Source: Azolla caroliniana
Taxonomy: Eukaryota; Plantae; Polypodiophyta
Assembly: GCA_043228905.1 (NCBI GenBank)
Contig: JBHGNT010000017.1
Location: forward strand, 14,818,001 to 14,882,000
Direction: 5' to 3'
DNA length: 64,000 nucleotides
Made by a program: the position numbers and the translations under genes. Below are positions 1-12,229 of the stretch, piece after piece. Within the stretch, counting starts at the first letter, position 1. Each line of letters begins with the position of its first letter. A model generated the notes under the pieces. That model did no database searches, was not told where the DNA came from, and saw only the letters and a program-made list of their open reading frames with translations.

Positions 1-144
1 AGGCATGAAAAATAGATAGGGTATTGATAAACACTCCACTAGCATCATGATTATGATGAATGAGCGGTGTAAGCATAGATGAGAAGATGAAGAGCATTGA
101 ATGGAACCTAGAGGAGGTGTAGTAGTAGTAGTAGTGGAAGCCAT
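1..144 (-). CDS. PR-1/CAP family protein, N-terminal part, runs off the window edge (copy 1)
   Basis: ATG at 144 opens MASTTTTTTPPLGSIQCSSSSHLCLHRSFIIIIMMLVECLSIPYLFFMP with no stop up to base 1. The DNA is the reverse complement of the 5' parts of the PR-1 copies at 2183 and 6986. Confidence 0.7.
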   Translation of the reverse strand, partial: MASTTTTTTPPLGSIQCSSSSHLCLHRSFIIIMMLVECLSIPYLFFMP

Positions 145-912
145 GTTGTGGTAGCAAATGAATGGGATGAATTGCTACTTCTGCTGCTGCTGTTATGATG
201 TGATGAAAAGCCAAACAAATAGTGAGAGATACAGAGAGACAAATAGTGAGAGAGATAGAGAGAGATAGCAGCAGCAGTAGCACGAGGAGACTGAATGAGA
301 AACACGAGTGTCAACGTCAGTTTTTGTAGTCAGCATCACAGGCAGCCGTCAGCTGGGGGTTTGACATCTACAATAATTGCAATAACAGAATTAACGGTAT
401 CATAGTACATAACGTCATGTTATCCATCTTAACGTTCACTTATCACATTTTCACTTATAACATTTTTCTCTCCATAAGCATTATAATTTACCCTCCTCCA
501 TTATCACATTTTCCCTTTATTTCTACCCTTGAGGAGAAGAATTGTTTAATTGGGCACTCGGTTTTTTTTTTCCCCATAAAAAATATCAATGAATATTGCA
601 TGTGAATGTGGTTGCATCAGGTTGTAGACCTGATTTCAGCATACATTTGAAATTAACCGGGCACGAGTTCCTTGAGTGTTACGGATAATTGCTGGAACCA
701 CTCATATGATCTGAAAAGGCTTTAGAGGTGGTGGTAATTGCTTCAATTTAGGGAGTTAGAGCCTTGCTTTGAGTACTTATTCCGCTAGAATATAGTTACC
801 CAATGTCTAGTTGCAAGCTCTCCCCATTGGGTCTTGGAACCTTCATTCTCTTTCCAATGTTCTGACCTCAATATATTCAATGATCATCACTGGGTGCCTG
901 ATGCGTTCTAGT

Positions 913-1206
913 CATATTATGAACCGTACGTACTATACGGCATTCACATTTGAGCATGTTTCGAGCGAGTATGGTAAACACCCTCAAAGCATGGTAAATA
1001 CCATACTTTTGTGTTCATTATTTGTTATAAGGTAAAACATTTTTATAAGGTAAAACATTTTTATAAGGTAAAACATTTTTATAAGGTAAGAAAGTTAAGG
1101 TAAAAAATGTCAAAAAAAACAAGTATGTTTTCATAACATACACAATCGTTTGCAAACGTATGAAAAAGACTGTTTGTGAATGCATTTGAGTATGTTACAT
1201 ACTATG
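913..1206. mobile_element. hAT-type MITE
   Basis: TIRs CATATTATG/CATACTATG and 8-bp TSD GTTCTAGT/GTCCTAGT. Absent from the paralogous empty site at about 6063-6072. Contains an internal 18-bp tandem repeat and is related to 53228-53510. Confidence 0.85.
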
Positions 1207-2182
1207 GTCCTAGTCTTCCAACTCCACATGGTTGTCAGCATTTCTAATGCTTAAGTTTGTAATCTCCATTGTCTTCCATCGCACATGGGATGATTTTTAT
1301 AACGATCTTCAGGAATCATTGGTTATTATGGACGCTTGTATACACTTACTTTCCATTCCTTTCACTCTAAGAGCAAAGGTAAAGAGTTGACAAAACCTAT
1401 ATTGAGGCCTTGAAATTCTCCCTATTTTATTTTGCTACTCGAGATTACAGCATGGAATGGGTTATTACTGACACTCTTGTTCATCGAATATTCTAAGGTG
1501 AATGACACCATTTGAGGCTGAAGAACAATGCGAAGAGAATGAGTGTCCTAAAAAATGAATTTGATGGGAGTTACAACCGCACTGATTGAATATATTGTAA
1601 TGGAATAAGTACTCAATGTAGGGTAACAAAAACCTAGCGCAAGGATGAACCTCCATGAAATGCAACATCTACGTTGCGTTGAGAAATGTAAGTCAATAAC
1701 ATAAACGACATGAACCACTTAAACCGTAGGAATGGTGATGGGAATGGCAATTCATATATGATCAGTTCATGTAGAGAGGTAATTTTACAAGTGGATATCA
1801 AATAAAGAAAAATCTCACAATTTCTTTCCCTTTGGGGGTATGACTGAGAAATAAAGGGAAATTGTAAAAACGGAGGAGGGTAAACTGTAATAATTCTAAA
1901 CAAGTGAATCTGGGTATTATGAACGGTAGGATGGATAACACAACATACTATAAGACCGTTAATTCTTTTACTACAGTTATTGTAGATGTCAAACCCCCCC
2001 TCTCCCAAACAGGTGACGGCTGTATTTGACGCTGACTACAAAAGCCCATGTTGACGTTGATGTTTCTCATTCATTAGCTGCTGCTGTCTCTTATCTCTTT
2101 GTCTTTGTCCCTATTTGCTCTTCTTCACATCATAACAGCAGCAGCAGCAACCACAATTAATCCCATTCATTTGCTACCATAG

Positions 2183-2809
2183 TATGGCTTCCACTACTAC
2201 TTCAGCTCCTCTAGCTGCCCTATGCTCGTATGCGCCTCCTCATCTATACTTACACTGATCATTCATCATGATAATGATGCTCTTGGAATGCTTATTGCTC
2301 ATTCATCATGATAATGATGCTCTTGGAATGCTTATCGATACCCTACAATGCTATATTTTTCATACCTGTGGATGTACATACCAATAATGGCTTCATTGCT
2401 TCATTCCTTTAGCCACATAATCAGGCTCAGGCCGCCGTAGGTGTGGGTGGCACAGTCTCTTGGGACCAAAACTTGGCCAACTACGCTTCGAGCTATGACG
2501 CCCAGGATGCTGCCCAATGCTAGTACCGGCTCGTGCACTTAGGTGGCCTGTATGGCGAGGATCTCTTCTTGGGTAGCGAAAAAAGTTACACTGGTATAGA
2601 TGCTGTAATGGCATGGGTGTCAGAGTCGGGGAGCTATGAATATCAATCCAATAGATGCATTGACAATGCAATGTGTGGCCACTATACACAGGTGTGGAGT
2701 AGATCTACCACAGTTGGTTGTGCATGCAGGCATGTCCTGATGGCTGTTCCACCTTCATAATCTGCAGCTACAATCCCCCGGAAACTACTTGAATCAACGC
2801 CATTACTAA
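2183..2809 (+). pseudogene. PR-1/CAP pseudogene (copy 2)
   Basis: Motifs GGLYGEDLFLG, AVMAWVSE, MCGHYTQVW, STTVGCA and ICSYNPP(GNY)..Y* are present. Disrupted by an in-frame TAG at 2521, several frameshifts and a ~39-bp duplication at 2259-2335. Confidence 0.9.
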
Positions 2810-3828
2810 CTAATTAAAATTTTTTGTAACCCTTGATCACATTGGATTCCAATGAATAAACTCAAAAGCCTATCTATCATCTTTAAAAAAATAATTAGAC
2901 CTATGATTTTGATGTAATTGAATTGACGCATGTCCATTTCTAAGAAAACTCTCGATTTTATAATACTTAATCTATCTACCTCACCTTCCTTATCATAATT
3001 TGCACTTTTGGCCACCTTCATCCTAATCATGTCAAGGAAGTGAAAATTGGTCCTCTATTAGTACTGTCTCGTACTTATTGCCACAGGTTCTTCATCATCC
3101 ACGTGGCTCATTTTCACTATCACAAACAGTAGACAAGACACTGATCTATTTTTTCTAGTGTAGGCAATGATACGACAATAGCAGTCCGGAAAGAAATCAT
3201 TCCACAATCATCCAATTGATTTCTTATAAATAGTTTAATATTTTTAGTAATGACAAGAGGGTCCTAAATTTCCCTACTTCCAGCATCTGATGGAAACTCC
3301 CACAAGAATTAACAGGCGATCATAATGTTAGATTTCTCAGCATGAGTTGTAAACATGCCCTAAATCACAAGAACCAATGGCCACGATCCAAATGAGCATC
3401 AAGAACCATGTTTACATTGCTATCGTCTCATTGAGTGTTAATGGATTTGTTTACTTTGCTCACCTAGGCCTTGCATACAATGAATAAATAAAACGCAAGC
3501 CATGGTGTTTTAGATCTCTGAAACCATTGTCTTCAATTGTGCAGTAGAAAGTCTTAAGTGCAAATCAAATATATAAATGCTGATGGAAACTGGTAAACCT
3601 TACGCTTTATAAGCTGAAGATTGATGTTTAAGTATATAATCAGATGGGTCTAATGTCACGTTCACGGTAAAAAAAACATTCAGGTGTTTTCGAGTTTGAG
3701 ATAATTAGACTAACAGTTTAACCAGCTCTTTTCTCAATAAAAATTGTGCTTCTATAAATTGATTTTTGACAATCCAAGGGTTGAAAACAATATAAGAACT
3801 TGCAAATTTAGGGTTTAGGGTTGAAAAC

Positions 3829-4180
3829 ACCCATTGTAGACAATGCAGCTAAAGACAGATTGGGAACAGGTCCTCTTGGCCCAGCTATCCTTGTGTATCA
3901 CAAACTTGAAGGTAAAAAGTAAGCAAAATTGATCCTAAGAATTTATATTACAACATCAAGAATCATGTATAATCATCATAAAAATTATTCCTTAATAAAA
4001 TTACTACTTATGGATTATCGTTACAAGGGTCATTGTGCAATGGCCCCCTATTGTTACTAAAGTATATATGTGTAACAATACTAGCATGTATAATCATGCG
4101 ATACAATCATTCCTAATGGACAAAAAAAGGCAATTATTCTGCATTGTGTTTTAGCAAGTAATGTGTCTTGTTTCCATCAG

Positions 4181-4216
<36 letters not shown>

Positions 4217-4515
4217 TCTATGGCAGGTTGTTGGCACACCAAATTATAAGTGTCTGGAGTTGTGTGCAGACATCCCTTATGGTTTCAATTCCGACATTTG
4301 GTCCCTAGGTAAGTGAAAGCTTGTTTTGAACATCTTTGTTTTCTTCTTCTTCTTCTTCTTCAAAAGTTAGGCTCTCTTCAGATATATGGAGATGAAGTAT
4401 TGGCATTTGTCTTGTTTTTCCCAAGCTGGTGTTTATTTGAAATGGCTGCCCATTGGCCGACATTGGAAGCTTTTGTAAGTGATGTATTTAACATTAGACC
4501 TATCTGATTATACTG
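3829..4515 (+). pseudogene. Partial, internally deleted duplicate of the NEK gene
   Basis: [21 protein letters not shown] plus intron 1 matches about 22656-22890. It then jumps to a copy of about 25040-25390 with exons [27 protein letters not shown] (4227-4308) and CLFEMAAHWPTLEAF, introns retained. Confidence 0.92.
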
Positions 4516-4599
4516 TCTAAAGGTCTAATAAAGTAAGAGTAACAAAGAGAAGGGAAGAGTGGCATGATAGCTTAACTTTGTAGTTGTTGTTTAGTATGT

Positions 4600-7100
4600 A
4601 GACAATATCCAATAATTGTAAGGATGTTGTGTTATCCATATCCACTTGTTTATAGTTATTACAGTTTACCCTCCTCCCTTTTTACAGTTTCCCTTTATTT
4701 CTCCCTCGTACCCCCCAAAGGGAAAGAAATTATGTAACTAGGGGGGGGGCATGAGTACCTTGCTTGATACATATAATTGATAGAATAAAAGCACCTATGG
4801 ATGGAGCTCAACCATCGAATTTCTTAGAGAGTGGACTCCCACCTCGCGTTCTCAAGAGGTTGCATTTGGGGGAGATTGATAAAGATTTCACATGGCTTGG
4901 GGTATTTCAAGCTTTTTCTGTCTTTGATATCCACTGGTAAAAGTTCTTCTACATGAACTGGTCATATATGAACTGCCATTCCCATCACCATTCCTACAAT
5001 CTAAGCGGTTCATGCGATTTACATTATTGAGTTGCATTTCTCAACTCAAGGTAGATGTTGCATTTCATGGACGTCGAGCCTAGGTTTAGGTTTTCATTAC
5101 CCGACGTGGAGTACTTATTACATTAGAATATACTCATTTGGTGTGGTTGCAACTCCCATCGAATAGAGATATTCATTCTTTAGGATACTCATTCTCTTCA
5201 CATTGTTCGTCAGCCTCAAATGGTGTTGTGCAGGCATATTTGATGTTCACTCTTCGGTAACCTAATGATTCTTGGTATCACATGGTTGTTTGGATTTTGA
5301 TCACCTAAGTCCTTGTTCTCGTCACAAGGGCCATCTGAGTGCAGCAACTGGCATTGTTGTTGGGAAGGATTTTGGGAGGGGCATAATTCTACCCCAGCTG
5401 GCCAAGGTAAATCCCAGTATGGGGCTGAAGGAATGAATTCTAGATGGCTATGACAGACATATTGTTGGTTTGTGCCTCCAGCATAGTTGTAGAATACTTA
5501 GCATAAAATATGTATATTACACATTCTAAAAGTATTCTACATTTTTTTAAATGCTTAGAATATGTATTCGTCATATAAAATATGTTAAATACATGTAGCA
5601 TACATATAAAATTAGTGTAGAAAACACATAAGGGCCAAAGTCCCACACATTCTAGAGCAAAAGAAGCGTTAGACTTTCTAGCATTGTGATAAAAGTCTAG
5701 AAATGTTGCTATTTTCAGCAATAAAAGTACTGGTATAAAAGGGCCATAGCTTTTCCAAAAGTTGTTGGGACATTGTTCTCAGGCTTCTAACAAAGAACAA
5801 CAGTGTCCAAAATAATCCATTCCATGGTGTAATCTCAAGTGGCCCTAGAAAATAGGCAGAATTCCAAGGCCTCAATATAGGTTTGTTAAGTCTTTATCTT
5901 TGCTCTTAGAGCAAAGGGAGTTAAACTTAAATGTATACAAGCTGTCCATAATAACCAATGATTCTTGAAGATTGTTATCAAAATCATCCTGTGTGCGATG
6001 GAGGACAATGGAGAATAAGAACTTAAGCATTCAAAATGCTAACAACCATATGGAGTTGGAAAGACTAGGACTCATTAGGCACCCAAGGGTGAACATTGAA
6101 TATATTGAGGTCAAAGGTATTCTAGGCCCAAGAACATTGCAAAGAGAATGAAGGTTCCAAGACATGAAAATCTCTACCCAATGGGGAGAGCATGCAACTA
6201 GACGTTGAGTGCCTATATTCTAGAGGAATAAGTACTCAAAGCAAGGCTCTACCTTATTGAAATGAAGCATGTAGCTTGAGTCGAGAAATGCGAGTCAGGA
6301 ACGTAATTGGCTCGGGCCACTTAGACTATAATAATAGGAATGGTAGTGGGAATAGCAGTTCGTATATGGTCTCTTCACATAGATGATAAATAGTTCATAT
6401 ACTAGTTGATACCAAATAAGGAAAAACTTTGCAATACCACCACCTCTAAAGCCTTTCCGGCTCTCTTTAGATGCAACCTCTTGAGAACCTGCGTGGTGTC
6501 ATGTCTCTACGCAATTCATTGTGGAGCCCGATTCATCTGTGCTTTTATTCCCTCAATTATATGAGTGGTTCGAGCAATTATCAGTAACACTCAAGGAACT
6601 TGTACCCGATTAAACAATTTCTTTACTCAAGGGTAGAAATAAAGGGAAAGTGTGATAAGGGGAGAAGGGTAAATTATAATAAGTATAGAAACAAAAATGT
6701 GATAAGTGAAAAATGTGATAAGTGAACGTTAGGATGGATAGATAACATGATATTATGTACTATAATACCGTTAATACTGTTATTGCAATTATTATAGATG
6801 CCAAAACCCCCAGCTGACGGCAGCGTGTGATGCTGACTACAAAAACTGACGTTGACACTCATGTTTCTCATTCAGTCTCCTCGTGCTACTTCTGCTGCTA
6901 TCTCTCTCTATCTCTTCACGATTTCTCAAGCTTTTCATCACATCATAAGAAGTAGCAATTCATCCCATTCATTTGCTACCATAATATGGCTTACACTACT
7001 GCTTCAGCTTCTCATCCATGTTTATACCCCTCATTCATCATGATCATGATGCTAGTGGAGTGCTAATTGATACCCTACAATAATATCATTTTTATGCCTG
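4600..7100. repeat. Right arm of the inverted duplication; itself palindromic (4640-5050 vs 6270-6680)
   Basis: Reverse complement of 1-1990. Also 6270-7430 is a diverged direct copy of about 1665-2700. Confidence 0.8.
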
Positions 7101-7432
7101 TGGGTGCACAGACCAACAATGGTTTCATTGCTTCATTCCTTCAGCCACATAATAATGCTCGGGCCGCCGTAGGTGTGGCACCAATGTCTTGGGACCAAAA
7201 CTTGGCCAACTACGCTGCGAACTATGCAGCCCAAGATGTAGCCCAACGCCAGTGCCAGCTCGTGCGCTCAGGTGGCCCGTATGGCGAGAATCTCTTCTGG
7301 GGTAGCGGAAAAAGTTACACTGGTACAGATGCTGTAATGGCATGGGTGGCCGAGTCAAGGAGCTACGATTATCTATCCAACAAATGCATTGGCAATGAAA
7401 TGTGTGGCCACTATACGCAGGTGGTGTGGAGT
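6986..7432 (+). pseudogene. PR-1/CAP copy 3, with premature stop and 3' truncation
   Basis: ATG at 6986 and in-frame TAA at 7064-7066, then a well-preserved CAP core FLQPHNNARAAVGVAPMSWDQNLANYA...GGPYGENLFWG...CGHYTQVVW. Homology ends at QVVWS. Confidence 0.9.
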
Positions 7433-7435
7433 ACA

Positions 7436-7914
7436 TTGTCAGCAGACGATATCATATGTTTGACAACAATTCCACCAGAAATACAAGCGGAGGCATAATT
7501 CTTACCGAAGGATTCTGGAATACTAGCTGGTATTGCTACGGCTGGTATTATAGGTAATGACCATGATTTCTTGTGTCTCAGAAATAATTATTTGTTTATT
7601 AATTTGGAAATATAAACATCAAATGCAGATGAAAAAATGTTTCACATCCCTCATATTTCAATCCCAAGGGTATAAGAAAGATTATATCAATGTACTTCAT
7701 TCTTCATCAGACCAATATGTTATCATTTATGCGCATTGTGAATCTGGAAAATGTTATTTGAAACTTCTGATTCAATCATTTACAACAGGTGAAATGTACC
7801 ATTCAAGATGGTGACAGAGTGACAAAGGGATTGCAGTTCTGGCACTGTTTACTGGCAGATAGAGTTGTTTTGAACTTTATGCAGAGAATGAGTGGGATTG
7901 CAACATTGAACAAG
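7436..7914 (+). pseudogene. QPT: Quinolinate phosphoribosyltransferase (QPT/nadC) two-exon fragment
   Basis: 7436-7553 reads DDIICLTTIPPEIQAEA*FLPKDSGILAGIATA, similar to plant QPT GDVTCLATIP..EVEAHFLAKEDGIIAGIALA. The AG/GT-bounded exon 7789-7914 reads [39 protein letters not shown], matching the QPT motif [18 protein letters not shown]. Confidence 0.85.
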
Positions 7915-9626
7915 GTATGGGATTATTTTACAGAATGCAAATGTACAGTTGTGTCTAAAACAACCATAATGGCGCATGAGACCTAACAAACAATTATAGC
8001 TGTGATAATCAAACCATCTGGTAATAGGTGTGAAATGCAGGACTGATAGTCAAATATCTTTATACCAAGAGGCATCTAGAGGATTTATCCAAATCATCTG
8101 TATACTCCACTTGATGATATTAAGTTGTCCTGATCATTCTGTCCTTATCTGCAGAATTGATTTCTATATGGGGACGTTCTAAGATATATATTTGAATGGG
8201 TATGACGGCTATACTCTATGCCATGTGACTATAATCATCTTTATGATTGAGCATAGCCACATCGAATGGCCCCCTAAGATAGGCTAGCAGCCAAATTGTC
8301 AGTGAGTGCCTCTGATTTCAGGCTGATGACTAAATGAGTCTTATGACCATGTTCAAGCATCAACGTAAATCATGTGCAATACATCATGACCTGGTGCAAT
8401 CGTCTGATCCTTAGTAACACTGTTTTGTTGTGTAACCCTAAACCCTTATAATGCTACCTGCTCGTTACTAGTGAGCCCCAGAGTTAGGGATGCTAAAGAC
8501 GGTGATGAATATCCTCTAAGCAATTTCTTTCAGAAGTGTAATGGCATGGGTATCCACTATTTGAACTTTCATCATTGAAGGTTCTTGTCTTGGGTTGAAT
8601 GTAAAACCACAGCTAGAAATAGTGTCTGAATATTCGTCGCAAAACATAGAATCTCATGAAGTCTGAATGATTTGCTTTGTACCATGCTAGAAATCATGCA
8701 AACTAGCATCTACTCCAATTCTCGCCAGCAGCTCGATTTGGATGGCTGGTTCTGGGAATCAGTGTGAGAAATGTATGTAACTTTCATGATTTGCTCTATG
8801 GTTGATGGGGTTGTTTGATCATGTACCAGGGGATGCATACTCTCATCAATTGTATAATGTTGATGTGATTCCTAGATAAATACCTGTAGGATTTTGTATT
8901 CACAGTGATATTTGCGATCACGATGATTCAGTGGTATCTTTATGTGCACAGAATGTGCGTATTGCATCTGACGTATGCATGGTCACCTCTTTAAGGCTTG
9001 ATTGATGCTTGTCAACCTAATATCTCAGTGTAGTTAGTTTAGTTTGCACCATTGCATTAACTGAATTACATTGGCATCAATGTTTGGTTTAGTAGCTTGG
9101 GCAGTGCACAGAGTTCTTGGAAAATTTTAGGTAATGATCCATATTTTGCATGGCATGTCTTATAGGGTGTAGCAGCATACATACAATATAACACATTTCA
9201 TCTGGAATGAAAACATGAAATAAAACAGGATGCAACACCCTACACTGGGCCCAAAGCTGTCGTTTTAATCTTGTAACACTTTGTGTTATCTTATAGTTTG
9301 TTTCATTGCTCAGGTATTTCTTCAGATCTATTTGAGTAAATTTCTTCTATTTCTATTTCTGAGCTTATTTTCTCTGGAATTTGTTGTACCGATTTGAATT
9401 TTTTCTATTTGTTTGTTATCTTTTGATAGTTCTCATGCTCAAATTAATTTATTTCTTTTAGTCTGCATTAATGCTAAATATTCACTGTAAAATCTTGTAC
9501 CCATCTGAGCTTGCTCTTTCATGCCTTATCATGGTATATTTGTTTTGCTCACAGATATCTTGTTCAGTGTTTCTTTCATGCCTTATCATAGTATGTTTGT
9601 TTTGCTCACTTACAAATCTATGACAG

Positions 9627-10320
9627 GCGAAATGTTGTTATCAAGCAAAGTTTTGGGGCTCTGAATGTTACCAAGAACAAGGTCACTGTAGCTAAAACCA
9701 TCAGAGTTTAAGGATAAGTCGAAGAATGTTGGATGCGATTCTTGTCAAACAGGGAGGTAATGCACATTGTAAGTACACTTACTTTTATTATGTTAAATGT
9801 TGTTCAAGTTGGGTTTATGCATATCGATAAATATTTAACTGGAATCATTATTAGATCTAGAGATGGGCTTATTTGTATGTGAAATATTTTGTATATTGTC
9901 CATGAACAGTTTTGACAGTGATAATGTGAGCATGGCAGAGGTAGTATTTGTGGTTATGTAATGACTAGCTATGTCTGATGCATTGTCTGCTCAGTTTTTG
10001 ACTGTAGATTAGGGAGAACTCTAAATTACCCGAGTTTTGTGTTACTTCCCAAAATAGTCTTATGCATTTTCTGCTCAGTTTTTGACTGTCGATGAGGGAG
10101 AACTCTAAATTACCCGAGTTGTGTTTACTTCCCAAAATATCCTTGGCCAAACATATTTCAAACTGTTTATTGTGTAGGAAATTTGAAGTAATAATATGGT
10201 CAGTCATATGGTCAATTCATCTCAGTTTTCATCAATCACATGGTCAGTTTGTTTCCAGTATGTTGAGATGATTAAAACTGGAATTATTGATCCTTTGAAG
10301 GTCATAAAAACTGCTGAGTG
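9627..10320 (+). pseudogene. CPN60: Mitochondrial-type chaperonin 60 (HSP60) fragments
   Basis: 9627-9757 reads RNVVIKQSFGALNVTKNKVTVAKTI/EFKDKSKNVG with frameshifts. 10257-10315 reads YVEMIKTGIIDPLKVIKTA, a C-terminal motif. The middle of the gene is missing. Confidence 0.85.
9978..10138. repeat. ~83-bp direct tandem duplication
   Basis: ATGCATT.TCTGCTCAGTTTTTGACTGT.GAT.AGGGAGAACTCTAAATTACCCGAGTT..TTACTTCCCAAAATA occurs twice. Confidence 0.9.
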
Positions 10321-12229
10321 CCTTCTTCAAAACCTGATTGGAAATGATGAGAAATACTACAAATATATATCATGTAATATCTTGTTATAATTTTCGCTAA
10401 GCTCCTGATCACTCTCAATTTGAACAAAGAGCATCAAAACAGGATATTGACAAGTGTTTATGCCAAATTAATGACACTAATTGAAATGAGCATAAGAATA
10501 CATTGTTGAAAATTTCAACTGAAATTGTACTTGAGCTTCGGGTTCCACTAAAACAGATGTAATATCGGGAAGTTTATCTTTAATCACCGGCTGAAAACCC
10601 ATGGAAATAGGACAACCTTTACACCTTAGTTTGCATACTCAACTATCTACAGAGAGGACCTCTACAAAACCATCATAATTATGAATAGCTGGCCTCAATA
10701 TCTCAAGGTGAGTGTTTACATCCTGCATCATAACACTAGGTTTTTAACCATATTCATAAGTGATGCAAACATTTAAAGATAAGGATTTGATTTGCAATAG
10801 TTAAATCCTGTTTATTATTCCTACTTATGTTCTGTGTGAGACTTAGCTTAATTCATCTAGCTTGATTGCATCGAAATGTGAAAGCATGAAATTGTTTCTT
10901 GGATGGAACAAAATAAGTTTTTCTTGGACAAATGCTTTAGCTTTACCTCATTGTGTCTATAAACAATGGTACACTATTTCCAGTGTCTCACCTAAACCTT
11001 TGATTAGTTAGGTTTTAAGTCTGTAATTAAGCTTCAACAGAAACATTACACCACTCCGTGCTTTGATAAGGAAGAAGATTAACGAAGCAATCAAGGTGAG
11101 ACAATGGATACACATTTGAGTATCATCCATGTACAGATTTCTTAAAGATCAATTTGGGGCTGCAAATGAAGTCAATTTACAAAAAGCTTGTTAGCAATGG
11201 AATGCCCCCGAATGGTTGCACGCATGATATCATGACAATGACTACACCTTGACTCGTGAAAATCAGATAGCATTGTGTTTGCAAAAAATGTCCACATGGA
11301 AGTCGTTCCATTTGGACTCCAGTAAGAGCTTGAATTGCATTTACAGCAGATATATGATTACATACATGTAATTAGACAACCGTTGCTTAGCTTGCTTGAT
11401 AGAATCATTGTAGTATTACTGAACATATGCACATAAGTGTATACAGAAGTTCATTGATAGCTTTTTCATTGTAAACAAGACTACATAGTTCATGAATTCT
11501 TGGAGAATAAATATTATGAAAATGAGGTTAATGCCATGAAATTATATGATATGGCTCAATGTGAAAGAAGAAATCTTCTAATGACAAAACAATTTATAAC
11601 ATGGAAAGTTAGAAGAGGTATTTGAATATGCACAATGGGGAACAAAAATTTTCATGCAATCATGATCAAGACTTCATGCCAAAGGATAAACAACATAGAT
11701 AAACATGCCAATTTGACTACCACACACCCAAATCAGGGAGAATCATCAATAATGGAAGCATGACCCATGAGGTTCAAGTATATGTGAGAAATTTTATGTC
11801 ATTCCAATGTTCCACAAGACCTCTTGTCAGACTAAAAAGAAAATTGAAGAGAAAACTAGAGAACATGCAATCTATGGTGGTTTGAACAAACTAATAGTAG
11901 AAAACCACATGAATGCACAAGCGTTATAGTATGTGGCCAACACCTTTTGATTCCACTAAGGATGTTAATTCATCATTGTCTTGGTGTCTTTAGTTGAATA
12001 ATGATTCTAGAATAATTTCTACCAAAGAAATTTAATGAGGAAAATGTGATATATGTTCTTCAGTCTGAATAGGTTATTTCTGCCCCCTTAGGTCCCTCTA
12101 CCTCACGAGGGTAAGAATCAATGAAGGAGATGTTGGCATATCATGGATTATCATGAAGCTATTATAGTAAATAAGAACTTCAAACATACTGTTAATCATG
12201 TCACTGGTTTTCTTTTCTAAGTCATATAT

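Larger units (their letters stand above)
1..1990. repeat. Left arm of a large imperfect inverted duplication (partner about 4600-7100)
   Basis: Blocks 1-560, 640-910, 1207-1480 and 1480-1990 match the reverse complement of about 6600-7100, 6070-6610, 5785-6072 and 4600-5230. Confidence 0.85.
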
